Source of the DNA: an uncultured virus (IMG/VR IMGVR_UViG_3300030098_004604)
Taxonomy: Duplodnaviria; Heunggongvirae; Uroviricota; Caudoviricetes
Virus record (IMG/VR): IMGVR_UViG_3300030098_004604
Coordinates: 53,249-73,248 of that record
Direction: 5' to 3' (one strand)
Length of the DNA stretch: 20,000 nucleotides
Shown here: piece by piece, positions 7,945-15,895 of the stretch
Layout of the letters: every line of letters starts with the position of its first letter
Numbering within the stretch: position 1 is the stretch's first letter
Position numbers and translations under genes: made by a program
Notes under the pieces: model-generated
Told to the model about the DNA's origin: nothing
The model's input: only the letters and a program-made list of their open reading frames with translations
Databases searched by the model: none

Positions 7945-8406
7945 TTGAACATATTCGTATTACATAAGGATCCTGCTATCGCTGCTACTATGGCATGTGA
8001 TAAGCATGTGGTCAAGATGATTTTGGAGACAGCACAGATGTTGTGTACTGCAGCACGCGCGCTGGGTTCCGACGCGCCATATGGTGCTACACATAAAAAG
8101 CACCCATGCACTATTTGGGCAGGTGCTTCGCAAGGTAATTGGGATTGGCTCATTGCACACGGTATAGCACTGTGTGCAGAGTATACCAAACGCTATGGCA
8201 AGGTGCATAAAAGTCAGGCAGTTATTGAGCATTGCGCAAAGCTATCATTAGACTTTCCAAGCACGCAGCAGACGCCCTTCGCGCAGGCAATGCCACCACA
8301 ATACAAAAATGAGTGTGTGGTCACTGCTTATCGCGCGTATTACCATGGAGAGAAAGCACGTTTTGCCACGTGGAAAACTAAACAGCCAGACTGGTGGAGA
8401 GGATAA
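7945..8406 (+). CDS. pyrimidine-dimer DNA glycosylase / endonuclease V-like protein
   Basis: (M)NIFVLHKDP...DKHVVKMILETAQML...THKKHPCTIW...EYTKRYGKVHKS...FAQAMP...AYRAYY. TTG at 7945 fits SD spacing better than TTG at 7942. Confidence 0.75.
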   Translation: MNIFVLHKDPAIAATMACDKHVVKMILETAQMLCTAARALGSDAPYGATHKKHPCTIWAGASQGNWDWLIAHGIALCAEYTKRYGKVHKSQAVIEHCAKLSLDFPSTQQTPFAQAMPPQYKNECVVTAYRAYYHGEKARFATWKTKQPDWWRG

Positions 8407-8409
8407 AAA

Positions 8410-9378
8410 ATGAAAAGAGTATTAATTTTTGATGCACTGAATGCATATTTGAGGGCCTACATCGTAGACCCGTCGCTGTCGTCCAACGGACAACCTATCG
8501 GAGGAATCAAGGGTTTCATCAAGATCCTCCAGAAGCACGTTAGGGAAGCCAACCCTGATGAGATTGTAGTTTGTTGGGACGGCCCTAACGGCTCAGCCAA
8601 ACGTAAGATTATGGACAAGGGCTATAAGGAAGGTCGAAAGCCATTGCGACTTAACCGAGCGTTCCATAACCTTTCAGAACTTGAAGAGTCAGAAAACAAG
8701 GTGTGGCAACAGGGTCGCATTATGGAATATCTCAATCAGATGCCCATTGTGCAGACTATCATTCCAGAGATTGAAGCTGACGATGTGATCGCTTATCTCA
8801 CCCAGATGGAGTATTACAAGGGCTGGCAGAAGATTATTGTCTCTAATGACAAGGATTTCATGCAATTGTGCGATGATGAGACTGTTCTTTATCGCCCGAC
8901 CAAGAAGGAGATCTTAAACAAACAGAGGATCGTAGAACAGACCGGCGTGCATCCGACGAATATGGCGCTAGCACGTGCTATAATTGGAGATGCTTCAGAT
9001 AACCTGCCGGGAATCAGAGGTGCGGGCTTTGCTACGGTTGCAAAAAGACTCAATTTTTTGTCCGCCGAAAAAACCTATACAATCCAAGAAGTTATAGATT
9101 TCTGCGAGAAGACAAACAGCAAATTAAAGTTCTTTTCCAACATTGTTGAGGGAAAGGAAATCGTCGAACATAATTATAAAATGATGCAGTTGTACGCACC
9201 CCAGATGTCAATTCAATCTAAGATGGTTGTAAAAAACGCGATAGAGAACTTTGAATGTACCTTTAATAAAACTGAGATCATTCGTATGATGAGAGAAGAT
9301 GGATTCGGAGAGTTAAACTGGGAAGACTTGCGCACTAATTTGAATCGAATTACCTATAGCTGCACACAAGAGACTTGA
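8410..9378 (+). CDS. 5'-3' exonuclease / flap endonuclease (T4 RNase H or Pol I N-terminal type)
   Basis: LIFDALN, WDG, EADDVIA, SNDKDFMQL and the helix-3-turn-helix motif GDASDNLPGIRGAG. Confidence 0.92.
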   Translation: MKRVLIFDALNAYLRAYIVDPSLSSNGQPIGGIKGFIKILQKHVREANPDEIVVCWDGPNGSAKRKIMDKGYKEGRKPLRLNRAFHNLSELEESENKVWQQGRIMEYLNQMPIVQTIIPEIEADDVIAYLTQMEYYKGWQKIIVSNDKDFMQLCDDETVLYRPTKKEILNKQRIVEQTGVHPTNMALARAIIGDASDNLPGIRGAGFATVAKRLNFLSAEKTYTIQEVIDFCEKTNSKLKFFSNIVEGKEIVEHNYKMMQLYAPQMSIQSKMVVKNAIENFECTFNKTEIIRMMREDGFGELNWEDLRTNLNRITYSCTQET

Positions 9379-9402
9379 CATTCTGTATATGGATGTTATA
9401 AT
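9375..9402 (+). promoter_or_regulatory. consensus sigma70 promoter for the helicase/RNR genes
   Basis: TTGACA(9375-9380)-16 bp-TATAAT(9397-9402), with a TGn extension. Confidence 0.8.
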
Positions 9403-9425
9403 ATAAACACACGAGAGGGGCAAAT

Positions 9426-10814
9426 ATGTTAGCAACGGCGGAGAGCGTCAATTTTAGTAGATACGGAAAAGCATTTCAAGAGGGATTGGTACAGCTGATC
9501 TTTGAGGATCGGCCTTTTGCCGACCAGATCACTGAAGTGTTGGACATTAATTTCTTAGACTTACAATACCTACGGGTGTTTGTTCACAAGATTGTAACGT
9601 ATCGGGCAAAGTATAATAAGCATCCGTCTGTTGAAGCCATGATGACGATTGTCCAGACGGACATCGGTCACGAAGACGAAGTAGTTCAGAAGCAGCTTCG
9701 CGAATACTTCCATCGGATTCACAATCGAGAACTAAATGACATTGAATATATCAAGGAACAATCGCTAGACTTCTGCAGAAAGCAAAAGTTGAAAGAGGCT
9801 ATGCTGAAGTCAGTCGGGCTGCTGCAGAATTGCTCCTTTGATGAGATCTCCAGTGTTATTAATGAAGCCCTCAAACTTGGGTCTGAGAACAACTTTGGTT
9901 ATGATTACCTCGCAGATTTTGAAGAGAGGTTTCTCCCCAAGCATCGACACCCTGTTAGCACTGGCTGGTCAGACATTGATAAGATTAGTGGCGGCGGATT
10001 GGGTAAGAGCGAACTTGGTGTTGTCATAGCCCCCACGGGAGCCGGCAAGTCAATGGTGCTTGTACACCTTGGCACCGAAGCCTTGAGGGAGGGTAAGACA
10101 GTTGTCCACTATACACTGGAGCTACAGGATACGGTCATTGCAAATCGTTATGATTCCTGTTTGACAGGCTATCCTCTGTCTGACATTATTAATTTTAAAG
10201 ACGAAGTGTACGAGGAGGTCAAGAACCTCGATGGCTCTCTAATTATTAAAGAATACCCAACCAAGTCTGCGTCGACGAATACAATTCGTTCGCACCTTGC
10301 GCGCCTCGTGAAGAGGGGGATAAAGCCCGGTACGATCATCGTAGACTATGGAGATCTCTTGCGTCCGGTTACAGTTAGGAAAGAGAAAAGGAACGAACTT
10401 GAATCGATTTATGAAGAGTTGCGTGCTATTTCAACCGAGTTTCAGTGTCCTGTTTGGACTGCTTCGCAAACCAACCGCTCTGGACTCAACGCAGAGGTCA
10501 TCACAATGGAGCAGATTTCCGAAGCATTCAACAAGTGCTTTGTGGCTGACTTTATTTTCTCAGTCTCGCGAACTATCGAAGATAAGCAGAAGAATCTAGG
10601 AAAGATCTTCATCGCTAAGAACAGAAATGGGCCAGATGGCATTGTTTACCCCATTCATATGGACACATCAAATGTCAACATTAAGATATTGCCACCGAAC
10701 AATCCCCATATGCAAAACGGCAAGGTTCCCCTCAATCCGGTAACCTTAGATGCATCAATGCAGAGGGATCTATTAAAACAGAAATACACCAAGCTTAGAA
10801 AGAAAGGGAGATAA
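9426..10814 (+). CDS. dnaB: replicative helicase, DnaB/T4 gp41-like
   Basis: STGWSDID..GGGLGKSELGVVIAPTGAGKS (Walker A), IIVDYGDL (Walker B), TASQTNR and KNRNG. Confidence 0.92.
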   Translation: MLATAESVNFSRYGKAFQEGLVQLIFEDRPFADQITEVLDINFLDLQYLRVFVHKIVTYRAKYNKHPSVEAMMTIVQTDIGHEDEVVQKQLREYFHRIHNRELNDIEYIKEQSLDFCRKQKLKEAMLKSVGLLQNCSFDEISSVINEALKLGSENNFGYDYLADFEERFLPKHRHPVSTGWSDIDKISGGGLGKSELGVVIAPTGAGKSMVLVHLGTEALREGKTVVHYTLELQDTVIANRYDSCLTGYPLSDIINFKDEVYEEVKNLDGSLIIKEYPTKSASTNTIRSHLARLVKRGIKPGTIIVDYGDLLRPVTVRKEKRNELESIYEELRAISTEFQCPVWTASQTNRSGLNAEVITMEQISEAFNKCFVADFIFSVSRTIEDKQKNLGKIFIAKNRNGPDGIVYPIHMDTSNVNIKILPPNNPHMQNGKVPLNPVTLDASMQRDLLKQKYTKLRKKGR

Positions 10815-10822
10815 AAAGCTTT

Positions 10823-12790
10823 ATGAGAACAATACAAAACATTCGCCGCTTCAGACTGTCCGATACATTTATCGAACCATATAAGACTGCCGAGGTTCCA
10901 TGGGGGCCACTGGGCTATGTCACGTTCAAACGAACTTATTCTCGTCGCCTAAACGAATTCGATCCAGAGGCTACTGGTTCTGAAGAGTGGTGGCAGACAT
11001 GCCGCCGCGTTATCGAAGGCATGTTTAACATGCAAAAGCAACACGTGTTCCTTCTAGGATTGGAGTGGATTGATTCCAAGGCACAAGCCACAGCAAAGGA
11101 TGCATATGATCGATTATTTAATCTCAAGTGGACTCCTCCCGGTCGCGGCCTCTGGATGATGGGCACAAAGTTTATCGAAGAGAGGACTGCAGCGGGACTC
11201 TTTAATTGTGCGTTTCGTTCTACAAAGGATTTGTCGACTAAGGGCGGCTACTTGTTTGCGTGGATGATGGACGCTTTGATGGTGGGCATTGGGGTCGGGT
11301 TTGACACCGAGGGCGCCGGCACTATCACCATTCGAGAGCCGCAGTATACTAATGATACTTTGGTTATTGATGACTCCCGTGAAGGTTGGGTGGACTCTGT
11401 GCATATGCTATTGGATGGCTTCTTCTTTGGAGCGAAGGTGCCGAAGTTTGATTACTCGGCCATCCGGCCCGAAGGCGCGCTCATCAAGGGCTTTGGAGGC
11501 ACATCGAGCGGCGCCGGCCCCCTTAAAGAGTTGCATCAAAATCTTACTGAGTTGTATTCTAGCAAGTTGGGAGAACCTATTACGTCGGTAGACATTGTGG
11601 ATACTGAAAACCTTATTGGACGCTGCGTTGTCGCAGGGAACGTACGTCGTTCAGCCGCACTGGCTATGGGCCATCGCGATGATCGGCAGTACCTTGAGAT
11701 GAAGAACGATCAAGAGAAGCTTTACCATCACCGTTGGGGTTCCAACAACTCTTTTAATGCGGTGGTTGGCATGGACTATGAGTGGCATGCCGAACAGAGC
11801 AAGAACAATGGAGAGCCCGGCTACATCTGGCTCAACAACGCACGCACAAGGGGGCGCTTTAAGGATCCCGAGAGGTATGATGATGTAAATGTTGCCGGAT
11901 TCAATCCGTGCGTTGAGCAGCAGCTTGAAGATGCCGAGTTGTGTTGCTTGGTGGAAACCTTTCCTGCCAAGCACGACGACTATGAAGACTACCAGAGGAC
12001 CCTAAAGATTGCCTATTTGTATGGGAAGACTATTACGCTTTCCAACACTCATTGGCCGGAGACCAATGCAAAGATGCTCAAGAACCGTCGTATTGGTCTG
12101 TCCCAGTCGGGGGTTGTGCAGGCATTCAATAAGTTTGGCCGCCGTGAGATGTACCAGTGGTGCGACCGAGCCTATGAATATGTTCAGTCGTTAGACGAGG
12201 AATATTCTAACTGGCTTTGCATTCCAAAGTCTGTGCGCACAACTTCGATTAAGCCATCCGGCACTGTTTCGCTTCTCAATGGTTCCACACCCGGTATCCA
12301 TTTCCCCGAGAACGAATACTATATTCGTCGGATTCGATTTGCGAAAGATTCAAAACTCCTTGACACTTTGCGTGATGCAGGATATACTATTGAAGATGAC
12401 AAGTACTCCCCTAACACTGTTTGCGTTGAGTTTCCAGTCAGGGAGCCGTACTATCACAAAGGAAAGAAGGATGTATCTATTTGGGAACAGCTAGAAATTG
12501 CAGCCCAGTACCAACATTATTGGGCGGACAACTCAGTATCAGTGACTGTAACGTTTAACTCTGATGAAGCTTCACAGCTAAAGAGTGCGCTTGAAATGTA
12601 TGAGACACGCTTGAAGGCGGTTTCATTCCTCAAATATGAGGAGACTGGTTACGAGCAAGCTCCTTATGAGCCTATTACTCAAGAGCAATACCAAGAGCGT
12701 GTGGCGGTCTTGAGACCCATCCACCGCTTTGATGACGAAGAGGGTGGCAGCGGAAGTAAGTTCTGCACAAATGATACTTGCACAATCTAA
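10823..12790 (+). CDS. nrdJ: class II (adenosylcobalamin-dependent) monomeric ribonucleotide reductase
   Basis: FKRTYSR, PPGRGLW, FNC, GNVRRSA, NPCVEQ (thiyl-radical Cys), KPSGTVSLL and a C-terminal redox pair FCTNDTC. Confidence 0.93.
   Translation: MRTIQNIRRFRLSDTFIEPYKTAEVPWGPLGYVTFKRTYSRRLNEFDPEATGSEEWWQTCRRVIEGMFNMQKQHVFLLGLEWIDSKAQATAKDAYDRLFNLKWTPPGRGLWMMGTKFIEERTAAGLFNCAFRSTKDLSTKGGYLFAWMMDALMVGIGVGFDTEGAGTITIREPQYTNDTLVIDDSREGWVDSVHMLLDGFFFGAKVPKFDYSAIRPEGALIKGFGGTSSGAGPLKELHQNLTELYSSKLGEPITSVDIVDTENLIGRCVVAGNVRRSAALAMGHRDDRQYLEMKNDQEKLYHHRWGSNNSFNAVVGMDYEWHAEQSKNNGEPGYIWLNNARTRGRFKDPERYDDVNVAGFNPCVEQQLEDAELCCLVETFPAKHDDYEDYQRTLKIAYLYGKTITLSNTHWPETNAKMLKNRRIGLSQSGVVQAFNKFGRREMYQWCDRAYEYVQSLDEEYSNWLCIPKSVRTTSIKPSGTVSLLNGSTPGIHFPENEYYIRRIRFAKDSKLLDTLRDAGYTIEDDKYSPNTVCVEFPVREPYYHKGKKDVSIWEQLEIAAQYQHYWADNSVSVTVTFNSDEASQLKSALEMYETRLKAVSFLKYEETGYEQAPYEPITQEQYQERVAVLRPIHRFDDEEGGSGSKFCTNDTCTI
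12360..12388 (+). promoter_or_regulatory. sigma70-type promoter inside nrdJ
   Basis: TTGACA(12360-12365)-17 bp-TATACT(12383-12388). Confidence 0.6.
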
Positions 12791-12801
12791 GAGAGGTATA
12801 A

Positions 12802-13029
12802 ATGAACTTTAATCACTTGCTGGACGAACGCCAGCAACGAGCGCGTTGTCGCGGGCGACTTAATGAATGTTATTGGTTGCCCGCCGGCGATGCCAAAGCT
12901 ACGGCCGGAAAGAATGTTAACCTTACGATGTACTGTAAAAGGTGCCAGTCGCGCGAGGACATCTTCTTGACCGAGAATGAATACAAGATTCAACGAAAAC
13001 TAATTGAAAAGGAGGTAGGAAATGTTTGA
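12802..13029 (+). CDS. small Cys-containing hypothetical protein (possible Zn ribbon)
   Basis: SD GAGAGGT. Four Cys, including YCKRC. Confidence 0.65.
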   Translation: MNFNHLLDERQQRARCRGRLNECYWLPAGDAKATAGKNVNLTMYCKRCQSREDIFLTENEYKIQRKLIEKEVGNV

Positions 13030-13306
13030 TTCTTTCAAGCCTGTGAACAGGTATATCCAGATAGAAGTGGAGAAAACTACGGATAGCGCCACAGACGTGG
13101 GCATTGTCCTTCCAGAGGATTACGCCCCCAAAAAAGAAAGACATGTGACAGCGCGTGTGGTCAACTGGGCAGCCGATGTTAGGTTTGTTGATCGGCTTGG
13201 ACTCGGTAACAAACTAGTTATTGATCAGAGCATGATTGAGGAAATCCAGATAAATAATAAGAAAATTACTGTGATTCTAGATAATTATGTTGTGGGCATA
13301 ATTTAG
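13022..13306 (+). CDS. groES: GroES/Cpn10-like co-chaperonin
   Basis: FKPVNRYIQIE, mobile-loop GIVLP, ARVV and C-terminal VILDNYVVGII, at 94 aa. SD AAGGAGGT. Confidence 0.75.
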   Translation: MFDSFKPVNRYIQIEVEKTTDSATDVGIVLPEDYAPKKERHVTARVVNWAADVRFVDRLGLGNKLVIDQSMIEEIQINNKKITVILDNYVVGII

Positions 13307-13319
13307 GGAACCGATAAAA

Positions 13320-14225
13320 ATGGATAAGGACTTTTATAATCAGTCGTCAGCGACTCAGCTTGGATGGGAGCCGTCATGGTTTGGCGAAAAGCATTTCGAT
13401 GACAAGCTTGTGCGTGCGATTAAGAAATGGCAGAAGGCTCATGGCCTAACTGCGGATGGACTATGTGGTCCAGCTACATTCCGTCGGATCTGGACTGCAA
13501 GACAGGCAGAGATCGATGAACACAAGCCGCAAGATTGCCAATACTCCAACTACTTGGTCTACAATAGCAACTTTGTTCCAATTGAATGGGACCGTGTTGT
13601 TCTGTGGTCGGAGAAAGGTGGACTTGCAGCGAAAGCTGGCAACTATTATGATTACTCTGGCCGACCGAAGAGGGGCATTCGACTGTTTGTGAATCACTGG
13701 GACGTGTGCCTCAACTCGCATGCGTGTAACAGCGTTCTCAACCGAAGAGGAATCTCGGTACACTTCCTTATTGACAATGATGGGACTATCTATCAGACAA
13801 TGGACATGCAACACGGTGGTTGGCATGCTGGCACAAGCCGCGTGAATCGTTCGTCAGTGGGTGTAGAAATCACAAATGCCTATTACCCCAAGTACCAAGA
13901 TTGGTACGTTAGAAACGGCCACGGAGAGCGCCCCCTCGTGGAGGATGCGTGGGTTCATGGCACTAAGTTGGATCCGTTTCTTGGGTTTTATCCCGTGCAG
14001 ATTGAAGCAGCTAAGGCTCTTTGGAAAGCAATTGAGTCAGCCACAAATGTAGAATTTCAGACACCACTTAGCCAGTTTGGCAAGACATCTACAAAGTACG
14101 TTCAAGATGTGGTGTACGGAAAGTATCAAGGAATTGTTAGTCATTACCACTGCAGCAAAAGAAAGATTGATTGCGCAGGGTTAGATATTCATACATTAAT
14201 CCAAGAGGTGAAGGGTGAAGAATGA
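13320..14225 (+). CDS. N-acetylmuramoyl-L-alanine amidase (Amidase_2) with an N-terminal peptidoglycan-binding domain; endolysin-like
   Basis: PG-binding motif AIKKWQKAHGLTADGLCGPAT; amidase motifs VNHWD, SVHFLIDNDGTIYQ, WHAG, NRSSVGVEI, SHYH and KIDC. Confidence 0.88.
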   Translation: MDKDFYNQSSATQLGWEPSWFGEKHFDDKLVRAIKKWQKAHGLTADGLCGPATFRRIWTARQAEIDEHKPQDCQYSNYLVYNSNFVPIEWDRVVLWSEKGGLAAKAGNYYDYSGRPKRGIRLFVNHWDVCLNSHACNSVLNRRGISVHFLIDNDGTIYQTMDMQHGGWHAGTSRVNRSSVGVEITNAYYPKYQDWYVRNGHGERPLVEDAWVHGTKLDPFLGFYPVQIEAAKALWKAIESATNVEFQTPLSQFGKTSTKYVQDVVYGKYQGIVSHYHCSKRKIDCAGLDIHTLIQEVKGEE

Positions 14226-14928
14226 AAACTATGCTAAAAGTATTGAACTATATGGCGATGGGAAGGGGCACGTAGAATATGTTGAGCATATGGGGACAGA
14301 TCTTTCTGTTGTCAATAGTGCTCGCGTATCTTTTGGTAAGCATAAAGAAGAATTAGATGATAGAGACAAGAAGCTTATTACCTATTTGGTTAGGAACAGA
14401 CACACTTCAACACTTGAACATAACTTGGTCACATTTCGGTTTTGCGTGCCTTTGTATGTGCGCAGTCAGCATCACCGCCATCGTACTTGGTCGTACAATG
14501 AAATCTCCCGGCGATACACAGATATCGATCTTAAATTTTATGAACCGCAGGAGTTCAGAACCCAACATGAATCCAACCGACAAGCCTCCAACGCAGAAGA
14601 GTTGATTAACCCACACGTATGGAGAGGGTTTATGGGAGACAAGGTGTCCCATCAACTGAAGAAGCACCATGAGGAGTGCTTGACATTTTATAACAATATG
14701 ATTAAAGCAGGCGTTTGCCGAGAGCAAGCCCGTGGAGTTCTACCACAGAACCTCTACACCGAATACTACGGCACAGTCAATCTGTCTAACCTCTTGAAGT
14801 TCATTGACCTTCGCACACACGAAGGGGCACAATGGGAGATTGTAAAAGTCGCTGAAGCGTGCTTGGAGATTGCCACGGATCTTTGGCCGGTCACAGTGAA
14901 AGCGTACCGTGACATTCGGAACAAATAA
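14215..14928 (+). CDS. thyX: FAD-dependent thymidylate synthase
   Basis: VVNSARVSF, HTSTLEH, ThyX motif RHRTWSYNEISRRY, EQARGVLP and LRTHEGAQWEI. Confidence 0.95.
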   Translation: MKNENYAKSIELYGDGKGHVEYVEHMGTDLSVVNSARVSFGKHKEELDDRDKKLITYLVRNRHTSTLEHNLVTFRFCVPLYVRSQHHRHRTWSYNEISRRYTDIDLKFYEPQEFRTQHESNRQASNAEELINPHVWRGFMGDKVSHQLKKHHEECLTFYNNMIKAGVCREQARGVLPQNLYTEYYGTVNLSNLLKFIDLRTHEGAQWEIVKVAEACLEIATDLWPVTVKAYRDIRNK

Positions 14929-14948
14929 TGAAAGTCATAATGAAAGTC
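14925..14948 (+). repeat. 12-bp tandem duplication at a gene start
   Basis: ATAATGAAAGTC occurs at 14925-14936 and 14937-14948. Confidence 0.9.
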
Positions 14949-15173
14949 GGTGATTTAGTGCGACTAACCAGTCTTGGAACTCGGGAGTGCACTATGCTCG
15001 GGTATGTCGCGAAAAAAGATGCATATGACCACTGCTGGGTTCAGTGGTTTGCCGAAGAGTCTCGCCACAGTCAGACTCGTATTGACACTTTGGAAGAGAC
15101 TGGTGGCTGGAAAGTGGAGGTAGCAAGGGAAGGTCGATGGCTAAGATGGAGAGCGAAGAATGAAATTTCTTAA
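14928..15173 (+). CDS. small MKVGDLVR-type (SH3/KOW-like beta-barrel) hypothetical protein; alternative start at 14940
   Basis: ATG overlaps the thyX stop. MKVGDLVRL...GYV...WVQWF pattern, with an N-terminus similar to 15211-15474. Confidence 0.7.
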   Translation: MKVIMKVGDLVRLTSLGTRECTMLGYVAKKDAYDHCWVQWFAEESRHSQTRIDTLEETGGWKVEVAREGRWLRWRAKNEIS

Positions 15174-15210
15174 CAAAAAAGGTGTCCAACACGATTAAGG
15201 AGAACGAAGA

Positions 15211-15474
15211 ATGAAAGTCGGTGACATAGTAAGGGTTACAAATTATAAGACTTTGTACGAACAACAAGGAAAACTCCGAGCGCGTTGGGATGGAGGAAAA
15301 AGGGCAGAAGATTACAGAGGCAAAGTAGGCGTTGTCTTTGAATATAAAAACTTACCAGAGCCTGATCCTGATATTGTAGAGATAGACTTGCCAGAATGGA
15401 TTTATGTAAAATTTGATGATGGCTTCATAGGGAACTATACTCCAGAACATTTGAAAAAGGAGAGCGAAGAATGA
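15211..15474 (+). CDS. small MKVGDIVR-type (SH3/KOW-like) hypothetical protein
   Basis: SD AAGGAG. MKVGDIVRV...GKVGVV...IYVKFDDG...YTPEHL pattern. Confidence 0.75.
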   Translation: MKVGDIVRVTNYKTLYEQQGKLRARWDGGKRAEDYRGKVGVVFEYKNLPEPDPDIVEIDLPEWIYVKFDDGFIGNYTPEHLKKESEE

Positions 15475-15797
15475 AATTTCTTAACTGGCTTAAACACAGG
15501 CTATCTCACAAGCTAGCCCACTACTCCCCCCAGAGAATAAAAGAATTCCTTAAGGAAAACGGACTCGCGTTTGTTATAATCTTTGTTGGGTGGGAGATTG
15601 TCGAGGACGTAGTATTCCCGATTGTGTTCGGAGTATTAGGAAACCACATCCACCCAGCATTTTACGCAGGCATTCCTGCATCGTTGATCTTGTGCTTTCA
15701 TTGGTTGGCTGTCCCTATTCTCTGGGGCATCTGGCTGAAAATAAATAAGAAGAGCAAGGATGTAGAAGTCGATTGTTGTGGAGAGCACGAAGAATGA
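15471..15797 (+). CDS. small membrane protein
   Basis: Hydrophobic segments GLAFVIIFVGWEIV..VVFPIVFGVL and GIPASLILCFHWLAVPILWGIWL. ATGA overlap with the upstream gene. Confidence 0.75.
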   Translation: MKFLNWLKHRLSHKLAHYSPQRIKEFLKENGLAFVIIFVGWEIVEDVVFPIVFGVLGNHIHPAFYAGIPASLILCFHWLAVPILWGIWLKINKKSKDVEVDCCGEHEE

Positions 15798-15895
15798 TTG
15801 ATGTAGCTATTACATTTTTTAGCCTCGGACTTTTTGTTGGCTGGTGTGTTTTTCACTCCGCTAATTGTTGTCTTATTAAGGAGAACGAAGAGTGA
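15794..15895 (+). CDS. 33-aa single-TM microprotein (absent from the ORF track)
   Basis: MIDVAITFFSLGLFVGWCVFHSANCCLIKENEE*. ATGA overlap upstream and GTGA overlap downstream, so it fills the gap exactly. Confidence 0.6.
   Translation: MIDVAITFFSLGLFVGWCVFHSANCCLIKENEE

Larger units (their letters stand above)
15148..15894 (+). repeat. gene-junction repeat family GGAGARCGAAGA-(A/G)TG (5 copies)
   Basis: Copies start at 15148, 15199, 15459, 15780 (variant GGAGAGCACGAAGA) and 15880. 15148-15174 is identical to 15459-15485 (27 bp), and 15194-15210 is identical to 15875-15891 (17 bp). Confidence 0.9.

Noticed and set aside
15148..15894. CRISPR array interpretation of the junction repeats
   Set aside because: Spacing is irregular (about 50-320 bp), the intervening DNA is protein-coding, the repeats are non-palindromic SD/start sequences and no cas genes are present.
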